Source: a virus. From it: a DNA stretch of 64,000 bases. Below, piece after piece: positions 8,313-18,260 of the stretch (its first letter is position 1; each line of letters starts with the position of its first letter). The notes beneath the pieces were generated by a model. That model saw nothing but the letters and a program-made list of their open reading frames with translations. It had not been told where the DNA came from and made no database searches. Made by a program: the position numbers and the translations under genes. Location of the stretch: positions 1-64,000 of IMG/VR virus record IMGVR_UViG_3300031469_000005. One strand, given 5' to 3'.

Positions 8313-10548
8313 TGCTGCCTTTGATGGGCTTGGTTCACCCTCAGACCACATTGCATGGTGTAAGGAGAATGGTTTAGATGCTTGGGCCGCAACTAATCAT
8401 GGGCAAATGAATTCGTATGCGAACGCCGCATTGTACGTTGAAAAGCTCAACAAGGGTGGCGATAATTTCAAATTTATTCCTGGCTGCGAGCTCTACATCC
8501 ATCCCGATCTCGAACAATGGAAGAAGGATTACGAGCTCGACAAGACAACGAAAGCTGATGAAAAGGAGAAAAAGAAACAAGCGAAGAAGGAGCTTGAAAA
8601 GATCAAGACATTGATCGATGTTGAGCAAGATCCGAATGGAGAAGTCATTGAAATGACGAACTCTCTGACGATTGAGAACGAGGATGAGAGCAAAGGTTCA
8701 ACGAAGTTCTTTAAACCAGTTAATAGACGTCACCATCTCGTTGTCCTTCCAAAGAACTCAAACGGTCTTCTCGATCTTTTCAAGCTCGTATCGGTTGGAT
8801 ACTTGGATGGCTTTTACAGATTCCCTCGAATCGATTTCAAGGCTTTGAAGGAGGCTGGAAAGAAAGGAAATCTGATAGCAAGTTCAGCCTGCTTGGCGGG
8901 TCCGATGTCATGGGAGACACTGAGAGTATGTCAAGAAGTCGAATTTGACAAACTTAATGCGACGATTTTGAACGATGCAACGCTGCTTGATCGTGCTGTG
9001 AAAAACGTCGGTCTGATTCATGAACGTCTCATCGATTGTTTGGGGGAAGAGAATGCATTCTTGGAGATCCAGTTCAATCGATTGGGCGCACAGGATCTAG
9101 TGAATCGTGCTATCATCGAGTACGCAAGACGAAGCAATTTTACGAAGCAATTGATCGTAACATGTGACAGTCACTATCCTCGTCCCGAAAGTTGGCTTAT
9201 TCGCGAAGTGTACAAAAAATTGGGATGGATGAAGTATCAAGACTTCACGCCCGATATGCTTCCAAAGTCTCGCGAAGAGCTGAAATGTGAATTGTACCCG
9301 AAGAACGCGACCCAAGTTTGGGAGGAGTACCAAAATTCTAAAGTTCGTGAAGGTAACGAGTTCTACGATGATACCGAGATCTTTGATGCAATCGAGAGGA
9401 CGCATGATATCGCTCATAACGTGATCGGTGATGTGAAGCTCGATAAGACCCCCAGGTATCCCACGAAGATCGTCCCCGTGGATACGACGGCATTCAAGAT
9501 GTTGACAAAGTTGACGATTGAAGGCCTTCGACAAAAAAAGCTCGACAAGAACAAAGAATATGTAGATCGTCTCAAATTCGAACTCGGTGTTATCAAGCAA
9601 ATGGATAATGCGGCATACTTCGTCACGTTGTCGAAGATGCTGAGCCTTGCTCGAGATGTGGTACTTCTCGGTGTTGCGAGAGGTTCATGCGGTGGCAGTT
9701 TGGTTTGTTACCTTTGTTCTATCACGGATCTCGATCCCATCAAGTATAAGTGTCGTTTTGATCGCTTTATGAATCCTCACCGCGTGGGCCTTCCGGATGC
9801 TGATATCGATGTTTCAGATCGTGATAAAGTTCTAGATGTTTTTCGAAAGGAATTTGGATTCAACAACGTTTTGCCAATTTCGAACGTGAACGTTTTCAAG
9901 ATCAAATCACTTTTGAAAGATCTTTCCAAATTCAATGGTGTTCCATTCGATGAAGCGAATGAAGCGACGCGAACTGTTGAACAGGAGGTTAGAAAGGCGA
10001 CGCATGAAGCTGGAGCCGACAAGAATCTCTTTGTTTTGACGTACGATGATGCGATGAAACACAGTCCTTCTTTTTTGGCATTCATTGAAAAATATCCCGC
10101 GGTTGGTGAACACATGAAAAGCCTCTTCAAGGAACAAAAATCGCTTGGAAGGCACGCGGGTGGTGTGATCATTTTAGATGATGCGGCTTCACAGATTCCA
10201 ATCATAACGTCGAAAGGAGAACCTCAAATGCCTTTCGGGGAGGGGGTGGCACAGAAAACCTGCGAACCATTAGGTTACATTAAGTACGACATTCTAGGTT
10301 TGGAAACTATGAGATTGATCGAACGAACGATATCTCTTATCATCTCACAAAAACTTGGAAAATTGATCCAACTCGAGTTCGATGATGACAATAAAATTGA
10401 ACTTTACGAAAATGAAGAGGTAAAATTAACAACGGGTGAATTCATTCGAGCAAAAGATCTCAATGAGAATCACGATGTCATGATACCTTTCGTAAAAAAT
10501 GGAACGTCCTTACCTTCAACAGAGAACAAAGTACTGGTTTCACACTAA
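8278..10548 (+). CDS. dnaE: DNA polymerase III alpha-like, fragment 1 (PHP + catalytic palm/thumb)
   Basis: FIPGCELY, HHLVVL, TCDSHY, ARGSCGGSLV, RFMNPHRVGLPDADID, GRHAGGV, KYDILGL; ends before the fingers domain. Confidence 0.95.
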   Translation: MLDFILTTGRPSAAFDGLGSPSDHIAWCKENGLDAWAATNHGQMNSYANAALYVEKLNKGGDNFKFIPGCELYIHPDLEQWKKDYELDKTTKADEKEKKKQAKKELEKIKTLIDVEQDPNGEVIEMTNSLTIENEDESKGSTKFFKPVNRRHHLVVLPKNSNGLLDLFKLVSVGYLDGFYRFPRIDFKALKEAGKKGNLIASSACLAGPMSWETLRVCQEVEFDKLNATILNDATLLDRAVKNVGLIHERLIDCLGEENAFLEIQFNRLGAQDLVNRAIIEYARRSNFTKQLIVTCDSHYPRPESWLIREVYKKLGWMKYQDFTPDMLPKSREELKCELYPKNATQVWEEYQNSKVREGNEFYDDTEIFDAIERTHDIAHNVIGDVKLDKTPRYPTKIVPVDTTAFKMLTKLTIEGLRQKKLDKNKEYVDRLKFELGVIKQMDNAAYFVTLSKMLSLARDVVLLGVARGSCGGSLVCYLCSITDLDPIKYKCRFDRFMNPHRVGLPDADIDVSDRDKVLDVFRKEFGFNNVLPISNVNVFKIKSLLKDLSKFNGVPFDEANEATRTVEQEVRKATHEAGADKNLFVLTYDDAMKHSPSFLAFIEKYPAVGEHMKSLFKEQKSLGRHAGGVIILDDAASQIPIITSKGEPQMPFGEGVAQKTCEPLGYIKYDILGLETMRLIERTISLIISQKLGKLIQLEFDDDNKIELYENEEVKLTTGEFIRAKDLNENHDVMIPFVKNGTSLPSTENKVLVSH

Positions 10549-12322
10549 ATGTGGAAACTTTCGTCTCACTCAAGAAGGTATAGATTTCTTTAGTGAGTTG
10601 CCTAAACTCACTGGTCCACATCCCATACCATCTAGTTGTCCGATTTGTGGAGCAATTCCTCGACAAGGGAAGAATCCTCTTTTAGCTTTGTCGATACATT
10701 TTGCCCGCTTGCATTCTACGGATAAAAGTCAACTAACAATTGCTTCACATTTCAACGGGATCAAACCTGTTTGCAAAGTATGTTCGGCGGACGTGATTCA
10801 TCGTGGTGTGACACATGGATTTAAGATCTTGTGTGAACAATGCGATGATCTTCGTGTCGTTGCAAACACAGCCAAGAAACGAAAATTGAAACACGAAGTT
10901 GCGTGGAACAAAGGTCTCACTCAAGAAACTTCTGATTCCGTCAAGCGAGGAACGATCAATTGTTCAAAAACGTTGACAAAATTCGGAGCGTGGAGCAAAG
11001 ACCTTTCTCTTAAAAAGAATCCTGACAATGAAAGTCTTCAAAAACTTTCTAAGAATACATCAATCGGATTGAAAAAATTCTATGAAACGAACGAATCATG
11101 GTGCACGGGTCTCACGAAGGAAAATAGTGAGATCATTCGTAATCGTGGTCAAAAAATTCATGAAGCATTCGTACGAATCCCCTTAAAAGAACGATTCAGT
11201 GAAAATGGTCGTCGTAATCTGCAAAGTAGCATGCGCCGTGTTCAATTGCTTCAAGCGGAAAAACAAAAAATTCCAATTGAGACGATCATTGAACGAATCA
11301 ATTCAATCAATCATAATTGGACACCTTGTTTTTCGATTGACACAAAAACATTCAAACCAATCTGGTCAATTTGGGCCGGAGAACTTCGAGAATATCAATG
11401 TGTCCATTGCAAACAAGTCTACAAAAACGGCTCGAATGTTTTCATTGGCTGGGATGGTGAAGGAAAGAAATGTCCGTGTCAAAAAACCGGAAATTCAAGG
11501 GCTGAATTCGAAATCGAAGATTTTTTGAAATTACATGAATTGAACGTAAGTAGAAATAATCGATCGGTGATCTCTCCTTGGGAACTAGATTTCATCATTC
11601 CCGAAAAGAAGTTAGCCGTCGAATTCAATGGATTGTATTTTCACAGCGAGATAAAGAAAGCGAATACGATCTGGTATCATGAAAATAAACGCAATATGTG
11701 CGTCAAAAACGATTATTCGTTGTTTCACATTTATGAAGATGAATGGAATAATAAACGCGACATTGTCAAATCAATGATCCTTCAAAAACTTGGTCATGTT
11801 CAACGAAAACTTCACGCTCGTAAATGTGAAATTTTTGAATATCAAGAACCTGGTGAACTTCGATCATGGTTTGATACGAATCATATTGATGGTTACGTGA
11901 ATTCGGAATACGCTTTCGTGTTGAAGGAAAATGATGAAATTGTATTCGCTGTTCTACTTCGTAAACCATTTCATCAAAGAACTTACGGTGACAAAACGAT
12001 TGAAATTGCACGATTTGCATCAATACTGAATTCGAACGTTCGAGGCGCGTTCATGAAATTAATGAATCAAATCAAGCTTTGGTGTTTCAAGAATGGTTTT
12101 GGTAGAATTCTTTCGTATCATGATAACCGATTCGGTGGCTCGGGTGATTGTTATAAACGTGCAGGGATGACATTGCTTCGTACAAGTGGTATTTCATGGT
12201 GGTGGACAAATTATCGTGAACGTGTGAATCGTTTTGAATTCAAAAATAAACAATCTGCCGCGAATGAAGGTTACTATAAAATTGGGGGATGTTCGAACGA
12301 AGTGTACGTGCTTGATTTGTGA
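10499..12322 (+). CDS. Free-standing homing endonuclease (Vsr/PD-(D/E)xK-like; Zn fingers, WNKGLT repeats)
   Basis: SRAEFEI..ELDFIIPEKKLAVEFNGLYFHS; WNKGLTQE/WCTGLTKE; CxxC pairs; AT-rich. Confidence 0.8.
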   Translation: MERPYLQQRTKYWFHTKCGNFRLTQEGIDFFSELPKLTGPHPIPSSCPICGAIPRQGKNPLLALSIHFARLHSTDKSQLTIASHFNGIKPVCKVCSADVIHRGVTHGFKILCEQCDDLRVVANTAKKRKLKHEVAWNKGLTQETSDSVKRGTINCSKTLTKFGAWSKDLSLKKNPDNESLQKLSKNTSIGLKKFYETNESWCTGLTKENSEIIRNRGQKIHEAFVRIPLKERFSENGRRNLQSSMRRVQLLQAEKQKIPIETIIERINSINHNWTPCFSIDTKTFKPIWSIWAGELREYQCVHCKQVYKNGSNVFIGWDGEGKKCPCQKTGNSRAEFEIEDFLKLHELNVSRNNRSVISPWELDFIIPEKKLAVEFNGLYFHSEIKKANTIWYHENKRNMCVKNDYSLFHIYEDEWNNKRDIVKSMILQKLGHVQRKLHARKCEIFEYQEPGELRSWFDTNHIDGYVNSEYAFVLKENDEIVFAVLLRKPFHQRTYGDKTIEIARFASILNSNVRGAFMKLMNQIKLWCFKNGFGRILSYHDNRFGGSGDCYKRAGMTLLRTSGISWWWTNYRERVNRFEFKNKQSAANEGYYKIGGCSNEVYVLDL

Positions 12323-12392
12323 AATCAAAGAAACGATGCTAGAAAAGTATCGACGAGATGTACGTTATCGACAATTTTAATACGGTAATGGT

Positions 12393-12698
12393 ATGACACA
12401 TTATGTTTATACGTCAAAAAAACCACATGGATACATTGAGGGTGTAGGTGGTGTCGTAAATGGAAACGTGTTTTATCAAACGGTCGATGAGGTTTTAGAT
12501 AATCTTGATCGAGGTGAACGATATTACGTTTCAACACGTATCGGAGAACCGTTGGTTGAAATTCACCCAATGCAAAACGGGCCATTAACGGAAGTTCATC
12601 AAAAACAATTGGGAAGGATTCATCCCGAACGTTCAATTCGAAGTGACGCTGATATAACATCACATAACAATCTTGACAATCTTCCAGAATGTCCTTGA
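12393..12698 (+). CDS. DUF3892-like protein
   Basis: C-terminal IRSDAD...NNLDNLPEC pattern. Confidence 0.6.
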   Translation: MTHYVYTSKKPHGYIEGVGGVVNGNVFYQTVDEVLDNLDRGERYYVSTRIGEPLVEIHPMQNGPLTEVHQKQLGRIHPERSIRSDADITSHNNLDNLPECP

Positions 12699-13162
12699 TC
12701 ATGACAGACATCTCTGAATACGAGTCAACGTACGCTTCGTCATTTCCTCAACTTCCTACGATGCGAAAGCTTTGGCATTCGGATTACTGGGACGGCCCAA
12801 TTAACGGGTTGTGCATAGTGAACGATGAAAAGTGTTGGTACGAGATGATTGAAGAGAATTCTGATAGTGGTCATGACGTTCCCGATGAACCATTACCTTG
12901 GTACCGTCGATACCTCGTCTGGAAATTGACTGATGAACAACTTAATTACGTTGAAGTTCGTCATGAGAAGTTTCGCAGAATGGTAGGAACTCACAGTGAT
13001 TACGTTTATGACGAGAATGATGCCTGTTCAAGAGGAAAGTACCAGCCCAACGGTGAATTAACGAGCCAATACTACGAGGAGGCAAGGATCGAAGCTGATC
13101 TTGAAAAGCCATTGAACATCTCGCCTGCAGTTGAACGTATCATCGGATGGCATGAAACGTGA
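12689..13162 (+). CDS. Hypothetical protein
   Basis: 157 aa, LWHSDYWDGPINGLC. Confidence 0.6.
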   Translation: MSLIMTDISEYESTYASSFPQLPTMRKLWHSDYWDGPINGLCIVNDEKCWYEMIEENSDSGHDVPDEPLPWYRRYLVWKLTDEQLNYVEVRHEKFRRMVGTHSDYVYDENDACSRGKYQPNGELTSQYYEEARIEADLEKPLNISPAVERIIGWHET

Positions 13163-13174
13163 TAATTACGAATC

Positions 13175-13303
13175 ATGAAGATCACCCTAAAACAATTGAA
13201 AGATATCATAAAGGAAACAATGGAACGAAACAATTACAAGCCAAATGATCTTTACTGGTTCTCGTTTCCCGATACACCCGAAGAATTGTCGATTTGTCGA
13301 TAA
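13175..13303 (+). CDS. Small ORF with putative capsid-targeting N-terminus (not in the track)
   Basis: ATAATTA at 13162, then MKITLKQLKDIIKE... Confidence 0.55.
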   Translation: MKITLKQLKDIIKETMERNNYKPNDLYWFSFPDTPEELSICR

Positions 13304-13339
13304 GATGATTTTTTAGTGTCGTAAAATTTTCAGGAGATT

Positions 13340-13753
13340 ATGAATAGATTTTTGCTGCCTGTTTTATTGATTTCGTTTGCTTGTTCAAGCGAACATGAAC
13401 AATTATTTTGTTCACCTGACGACGGAACGTACGTCGTAAAATTCACCGAAGTTTCGGGTGACTGTAACATGAAATTGAATGGTGACATTGTCGATGAACG
13501 ATTCACGATTGATGGAAAAAATTTAATTAATCCGATGTCGTCTGAAAACTGTGTGAATGATCTTCACCTCGAAGGTTGTGTAATTGTGGGTGATGTCATT
13601 TGTGACATTATGGCTCGTAATGGAACGAACATTCACGTTGAATCGAACATTGATTTCGATACCCGGGGAGAAGGAACTCAAGAATCAAGCGTTGAATTCG
13701 ATTCAGAACCTTTTTGTTCATCGAAGTACTCTACAATCATTATTCAAGAGTGA
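13340..13753 (+). CDS. Cys-rich putative lipoprotein
   Basis: AGGAG SD; MNRFLLPVLLISFAC signal/lipobox-like. Confidence 0.6.
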   Translation: MNRFLLPVLLISFACSSEHEQLFCSPDDGTYVVKFTEVSGDCNMKLNGDIVDERFTIDGKNLINPMSSENCVNDLHLEGCVIVGDVICDIMARNGTNIHVESNIDFDTRGEGTQESSVEFDSEPFCSSKYSTIIIQE

Positions 13754-13788
13754 TGTGTTCTCAACATGATTTCATGTTATGATTGAAC

Positions 13789-14806
13789 ATGACAGATTTT
13801 CACGTGGATATCGTTCGTCTAGGAAAGATTGAAAATCATCCCAACGCTGATCTTCTCGAGATCACGAATGTGCACGGCGGTTATCCGTGTATCCTGAAAA
13901 AGGGTTCCTTTAAGGAAGGGGATCTCGCAGTTTACATCCCGATAGACACGACGCTACCCGACGTTCCAGAATTCTCGTTCCTTTCGAGCGGGGATCGTCG
14001 CAGGTTGAAAGCAAAGAAGCTTCGCGGAATTTTTTCCATGGGTCTTGTCATTCCCGTCCCAACCACGCTGGGGTCTCTCGAAGAGGGAACCGACGTCGCT
14101 GAGTTGCTCAATATCAAGAAGTTCGATCCAGTTATTGCCCACCCAAAGGTCACTGGTGGTGACTGTGAAGCCGATCCAGAAGGATGGACGTTTCAGAAGT
14201 ACACTGACATCGAACCGCTTCGGCGTAACGGAAACGTTCTCGTTGATGATGAGGAGGTGATCCTCACTGAGAAGGTTCATGGATCGAATTATCGAGTTGT
14301 TCATGATGGTACACGTCTTTGGGTTGGATCGCGTACGCAAATCAAGAAACGACCCGATGTGATCAACGAACAAACACCCGTCTGGTGGAGAATCGCTGAT
14401 CGTTACGATCTTGAGACAAAGCTCGCATCGTATCCGAAGTTGATCTTTTTTTGGCGAGGTATACGGTCCGGGAGTTCAAGACTTGAAGTACTCGTGCAAT
14501 GATCAATCACTGCGTATCTTTGATGTCTTAGACGTTTCAACGGGTAGATACCTCGATTATGATTCCGCAAAAGCGATCGCTGATGATCTGAAGCTCGAAT
14601 GGGTTCCAATCTTGTACCGAGGATCTTGGAAACGTGATGAATTGCTTTCTCTTTGTGAAGGAAAGACGACGATTGGTAAAGGCGATCATTGCCGTGAGGG
14701 GTTCGTTGTTCGCCCAACAACCGAACGTTGGGATCGTCGAGTAGGTCGTGTGGTTCTCAAGATGGTGGGTTCAGATTACCTTTTGAGAAAGTCTGACAAG
14801 TCATGA
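13789..14806 (+). CDS. RNA ligase, DRB0094-like family, frameshifted at T7 (14446-14452)
   Basis: N-terminal HPNADLLE..KLRGIFSMGL; TEKVHGSN; removing one T restores IFFGEVYGPGVQDLKY..REGFVVRP..LK. Confidence 0.85.
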
Positions 14807-15163
14807 ACGGTCGATTCAAGGATCTCTTTGAAAAAAAGCATTCAATCAATCGTCGATTGGGTTCGTTCGATACGAAAAGAAAGAACTTGATGAACACATC
14901 GATACAACTTTGTTGTTCAAGTCTTGCACGAAGAAACGTCGATACGAAGCATTCGGTGAGGCTTTCGTGAAAGCCCTTCAGTACGAACAGGTCGTGTACG
15001 ACTGTGATATTTGTAACGCATTTCATCTTGCAAGTTGTGATAAACAACGTTTCGAGCGTTTTGTTAAGAACGTTAATAAATACACGTCATTGATTCCTCT
15101 GGTGGATCGTTGATGTGTAATTCTCACTGACACGTGTTAGTATTCTAGAGAGGTTTTGAACTA

Positions 15164-15361
15164 ATGAAAGATAGTGATTTATCATCGTACGTTGATGCAT
15201 TGACGACCGTTCAAGGAGCGACCGTATTGACGGTTGATGACGGTTGGGTAATGATCTTTACGAAGGAACGTTTGATCGAACTTCTCGAAAAAGCGAATGA
15301 TTCTGATAAGGTGATGATCTTTATCAAGAGCAGCGAAAAATCAGAAGTTCTCAAGAACTAA
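15164..15361 (+). CDS. Hypothetical protein
   Basis: GAGAGG SD; promoter at 15115-15143. Confidence 0.6.
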   Translation: MKDSDLSSYVDALTTVQGATVLTVDDGWVMIFTKERLIELLEKANDSDKVMIFIKSSEKSEVLKN

Positions 15362-15380
15362 AAGAAAGAAAAACAACAAA

Positions 15381-16538
15381 ATGTCAAAAATGGCAAAGAA
15401 GAAGGTAACGAACGTGGAATCGCCTCGAGATCGCAAGAATCGTCTTGCACGTGAACGGCGGGCAGCAAAGAAGGGTACCGTTGCAAATGCAAAGCCCGTT
15501 TCTTCGCCTTCCAGCATCGTCAAAAAGAAGGTGACTCGTGTGGGATTCGTTCTCGATCGTAGCGGATCGATGCAAGCAATTCTTCCCGCTGCAATTCGTT
15601 CCTTGAATGAGAACGTCGACGTCATCAAGAAGAGTGCCACCGAAACGGGGCAAAGTGCTACCATTTCATTGATGGTGTTCGATTCTGAGACTGAGGTCAA
15701 ATTCTTGAATCGTAGCACTGACAATTATGTGAACGTTGCTGAGAATTCGATTCGTTCGCAAGGTATGACGGCGTTGCTTGATGCCACGGGAGAAATGATC
15801 AACTTGCTCAGAGCGGAACCTGTATCCGACGATGAGGACGTTGCATACCTTCTATTCGTGATCACCGACGGTCAGGAGAACCAATCTCGTAAGTACACTG
15901 CAACATCGCTGAAGACTCTCATGAAGGAAGTTCAAGGAACTGATCGTTGGACGTTGACGTTCCTTGTTCCAGTTGGTGACGCGAAGGCATTGATCAACAA
16001 TTTCGGTATCCCCGAAGGAAACGTTGCTGAATGGGAGGCATCCAGGCACGGCGTTGAAACGTACACCGCTCAGAACAATGCGGGTCTTCGTAACTACATG
16101 TCTAGTCGTGCTGTTGGTACGAACAGCGTGAAGACGTTCTACACGGATCTTTCGAAGGTGACGTTGAAGGATGTTTCTCAGCTGAAGGATGTATCCAACC
16201 TCACAACGTTGTTGACGGTTCCTCAGGATGCGAACATTCGTGAATTCATCGAATCGCAAGGTAAAACCTTCATCAAGGGCGCGGCATTCTACCAGCTCGT
16301 TCCCGGAAAGAGGGAGGCCGACAAGGTCCAGAACTACAAGGAGGTTCTTATCTTTGATAAGCGATCGAACAAGGTCTTCGGTGGCGATGACGCCAGGCAA
16401 GTTCTAGGGCTGCCATTGAACGAGATGAAGATTCGTCCAGGTAACCATGGCAACTTTGATATCTTCGTTCAAAGTACTAGCGTCAACCGTAAGGTGAAGG
16501 CGGGAACGAAGGTCATTTTCATGCCTTCCGCAGTCTAA
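15381..16538 (+). CDS. von Willebrand factor A domain protein
   Basis: MIDAS motif VLDRSGSM, GMTALLDA, ITDGQEN. Confidence 0.9.
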   Translation: MSKMAKKKVTNVESPRDRKNRLARERRAAKKGTVANAKPVSSPSSIVKKKVTRVGFVLDRSGSMQAILPAAIRSLNENVDVIKKSATETGQSATISLMVFDSETEVKFLNRSTDNYVNVAENSIRSQGMTALLDATGEMINLLRAEPVSDDEDVAYLLFVITDGQENQSRKYTATSLKTLMKEVQGTDRWTLTFLVPVGDAKALINNFGIPEGNVAEWEASRHGVETYTAQNNAGLRNYMSSRAVGTNSVKTFYTDLSKVTLKDVSQLKDVSNLTTLLTVPQDANIREFIESQGKTFIKGAAFYQLVPGKREADKVQNYKEVLIFDKRSNKVFGGDDARQVLGLPLNEMKIRPGNHGNFDIFVQSTSVNRKVKAGTKVIFMPSAV

Positions 16539-16559
16539 TCTTCTTCGGGTTCTTATCTT

Positions 16560-16620
16560 AACATTCTGGTTTTTGAAGGCGGTCCGCGTTTCAGTACGGC
16601 GATTCAAAAACCAGAATGTT
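16560..16620. repeat. Perfect 18-bp inverted repeat (terminator or processing stem)
   Basis: AACATTCTGGTTTTTGAA / TTCAAAAACCAGAATGTT, 25-nt loop. Confidence 0.8.
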
Positions 16621-16655
16621 GTGTTTTCTTCAGCGAATCATGTTAGATTGAGATC

Positions 16656-17853
16656 ATGAACAATCGTACCTTTCAAACACTGTTACAAGCGATTCGTGAC
16701 AACGTGGACTCGTACATTCGAACCGGTGACACGAAATTCCTTGATGAAAACAAGGGGGTTTGGATTCAGTTGCATCAGGCAGGACGAGGTCTTGAAGCAT
16801 CCAAGATCTTTCAAAAAGAGGCTCTTAAAGAGATGGATGAGGCAATCTCCGACATCACGAAGGATGTCGTTGCATTCAAAAGTGCTTTGATGAATCGATA
16901 ACGAATCAAACCGCATAATCAAGATCTGGAGGCGAATCATCATGTTAAAGTACAATGTTGAAACTTTTGTCATCGAGGGAAGCGTTGGAAAGTACATTGT
17001 ACGCGCTGTCAACCTCTCCAAACAACGAGCTGCGACCGTTCGTGATTCATTCGCAGCGAATGGAGACATCACTCGAATCGTTCCCGCAGGCGCTTTACCA
17101 GAGGTGGTTCACGGTTACGCGATCATGAACGACAACCTCAAGTTCCTGAAAATGTTCACCGACGCGACGGTCGATCAAAATGTGATGGAGGGGATGTGCG
17201 CCGCTCTCGAGGACGCATTAGTTGAATTCCGAGATGCTTCTTCAAGAAAGATCTGATGTCGGCTAAAAAGTGCAAGTTCCAGGTCGGTGACCTGTTGGTA
17301 CGACGTGAATTCGACCCTTCTTCTCGCGGACATCGCTCGAACGCAAGTACTCGCGACTACAATTTCAGGACGTTGAAGGTTGGTCATTCGTATCTTCTAC
17401 GCGGAAAAGAAATACTTTTGGTCGTCGCTTCGTTTAAACGATCATTCTCAGTCAAAAATGACATGTTGTTAATGACGAACGAAGGCAAGTTCATTGTTTA
17501 CGTTCATTGCGATCAGGCTCATGATCAATTCGTGCTTTCGAACAAATTGTTAAAGAGAAGTTAAGGCTGACGTGTTACTTTCTCGTGGTTAAGTTAATAT
17601 TAACTTATCGGTCGATTGATCGAGAGAAAGAACATAAATGCCGATCGTTATTTTCATCTTGAGCTTTGCGGGATTCGTTGGTATCGTTGAAACCGCGAAG
17701 GACGGATCAGCGAAGGAAGCTCGAGAGCTCGCAGAGAATCAATTTTGCAAGGTTCGTGAACCCGCACCCAAGTGCCCGAAACGATTCCATGAGCGAGCCG
17801 CTCGTCAACGCGAATTCTTGAAGAAGAACAACGCGTGGAATCTCATGCACTAA
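16656..17853 (+). CDS. Run of small hypothetical ORFs (16656..16901, 16942..17256, 17256..17564, 17638..17853)
   Basis: Promoters at 16621 and 17572; GGAGG SD before 16942. Confidence 0.5.
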
Positions 17854-17855
17854 AA

Positions 17856-18260
17856 TCACTTAGAATGAAGGATTGTCATAATGATACCCAGTACGACCGC
17901 GGCAAAACCCACTGCCGACACGATCACTGACCAGCCCTTGGATATTCCAACTCTTTGATCGTCACGTGAATTCAATCGAACGGTTAAAACTTCAATCTTC
18001 TCCGTCAATGAACGTAGCACTTGATCGAATTCGCTTCGCGGAAGCAACATTCTTGAATTATCATTCAGAGCCTCTCTGAATTCATTCACATTTTCAAATC
18101 TTTTTTCAGTTGAAATTTCAGCTTTTGTCACAGCTCTTTGTGCTGCGTCCAAGGCAGCGGATGTGCTTTTCTCGATCGTTATGAATCGAAGATCAACGTA
18201 CTCACGGAGCGTGATTGGTGTTTCCTTGTAAATCACCGTATCCGAATCATTCTTTGCCAC
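17856..18260 (-). CDS. Coiled-coil protein with C-terminal TM (holin/XhlA-like topology)
   Basis: C-terminal WSVIVSAVGFAAVVLGIIMTIL; ATATTTA motif 4 nt upstream of GTG. Confidence 0.55.
   Translation of the reverse strand: MAKNDSDTVIYKETPITLREYVDLRFITIEKSTSAALDAAQRAVTKAEISTEKRFENVNEFREALNDNSRMLLPRSEFDQVLRSLTEKIEVLTVRLNSRDDQRVGISKGWSVIVSAVGFAAVVLGIIMTILHSK

Noticed and set aside
10520-10548. ENKVLVSH resembling an intein C-terminus
   Set aside because: No terminal Asn and no extein follows; it overlaps the endonuclease ORF, so it is probably coincidental
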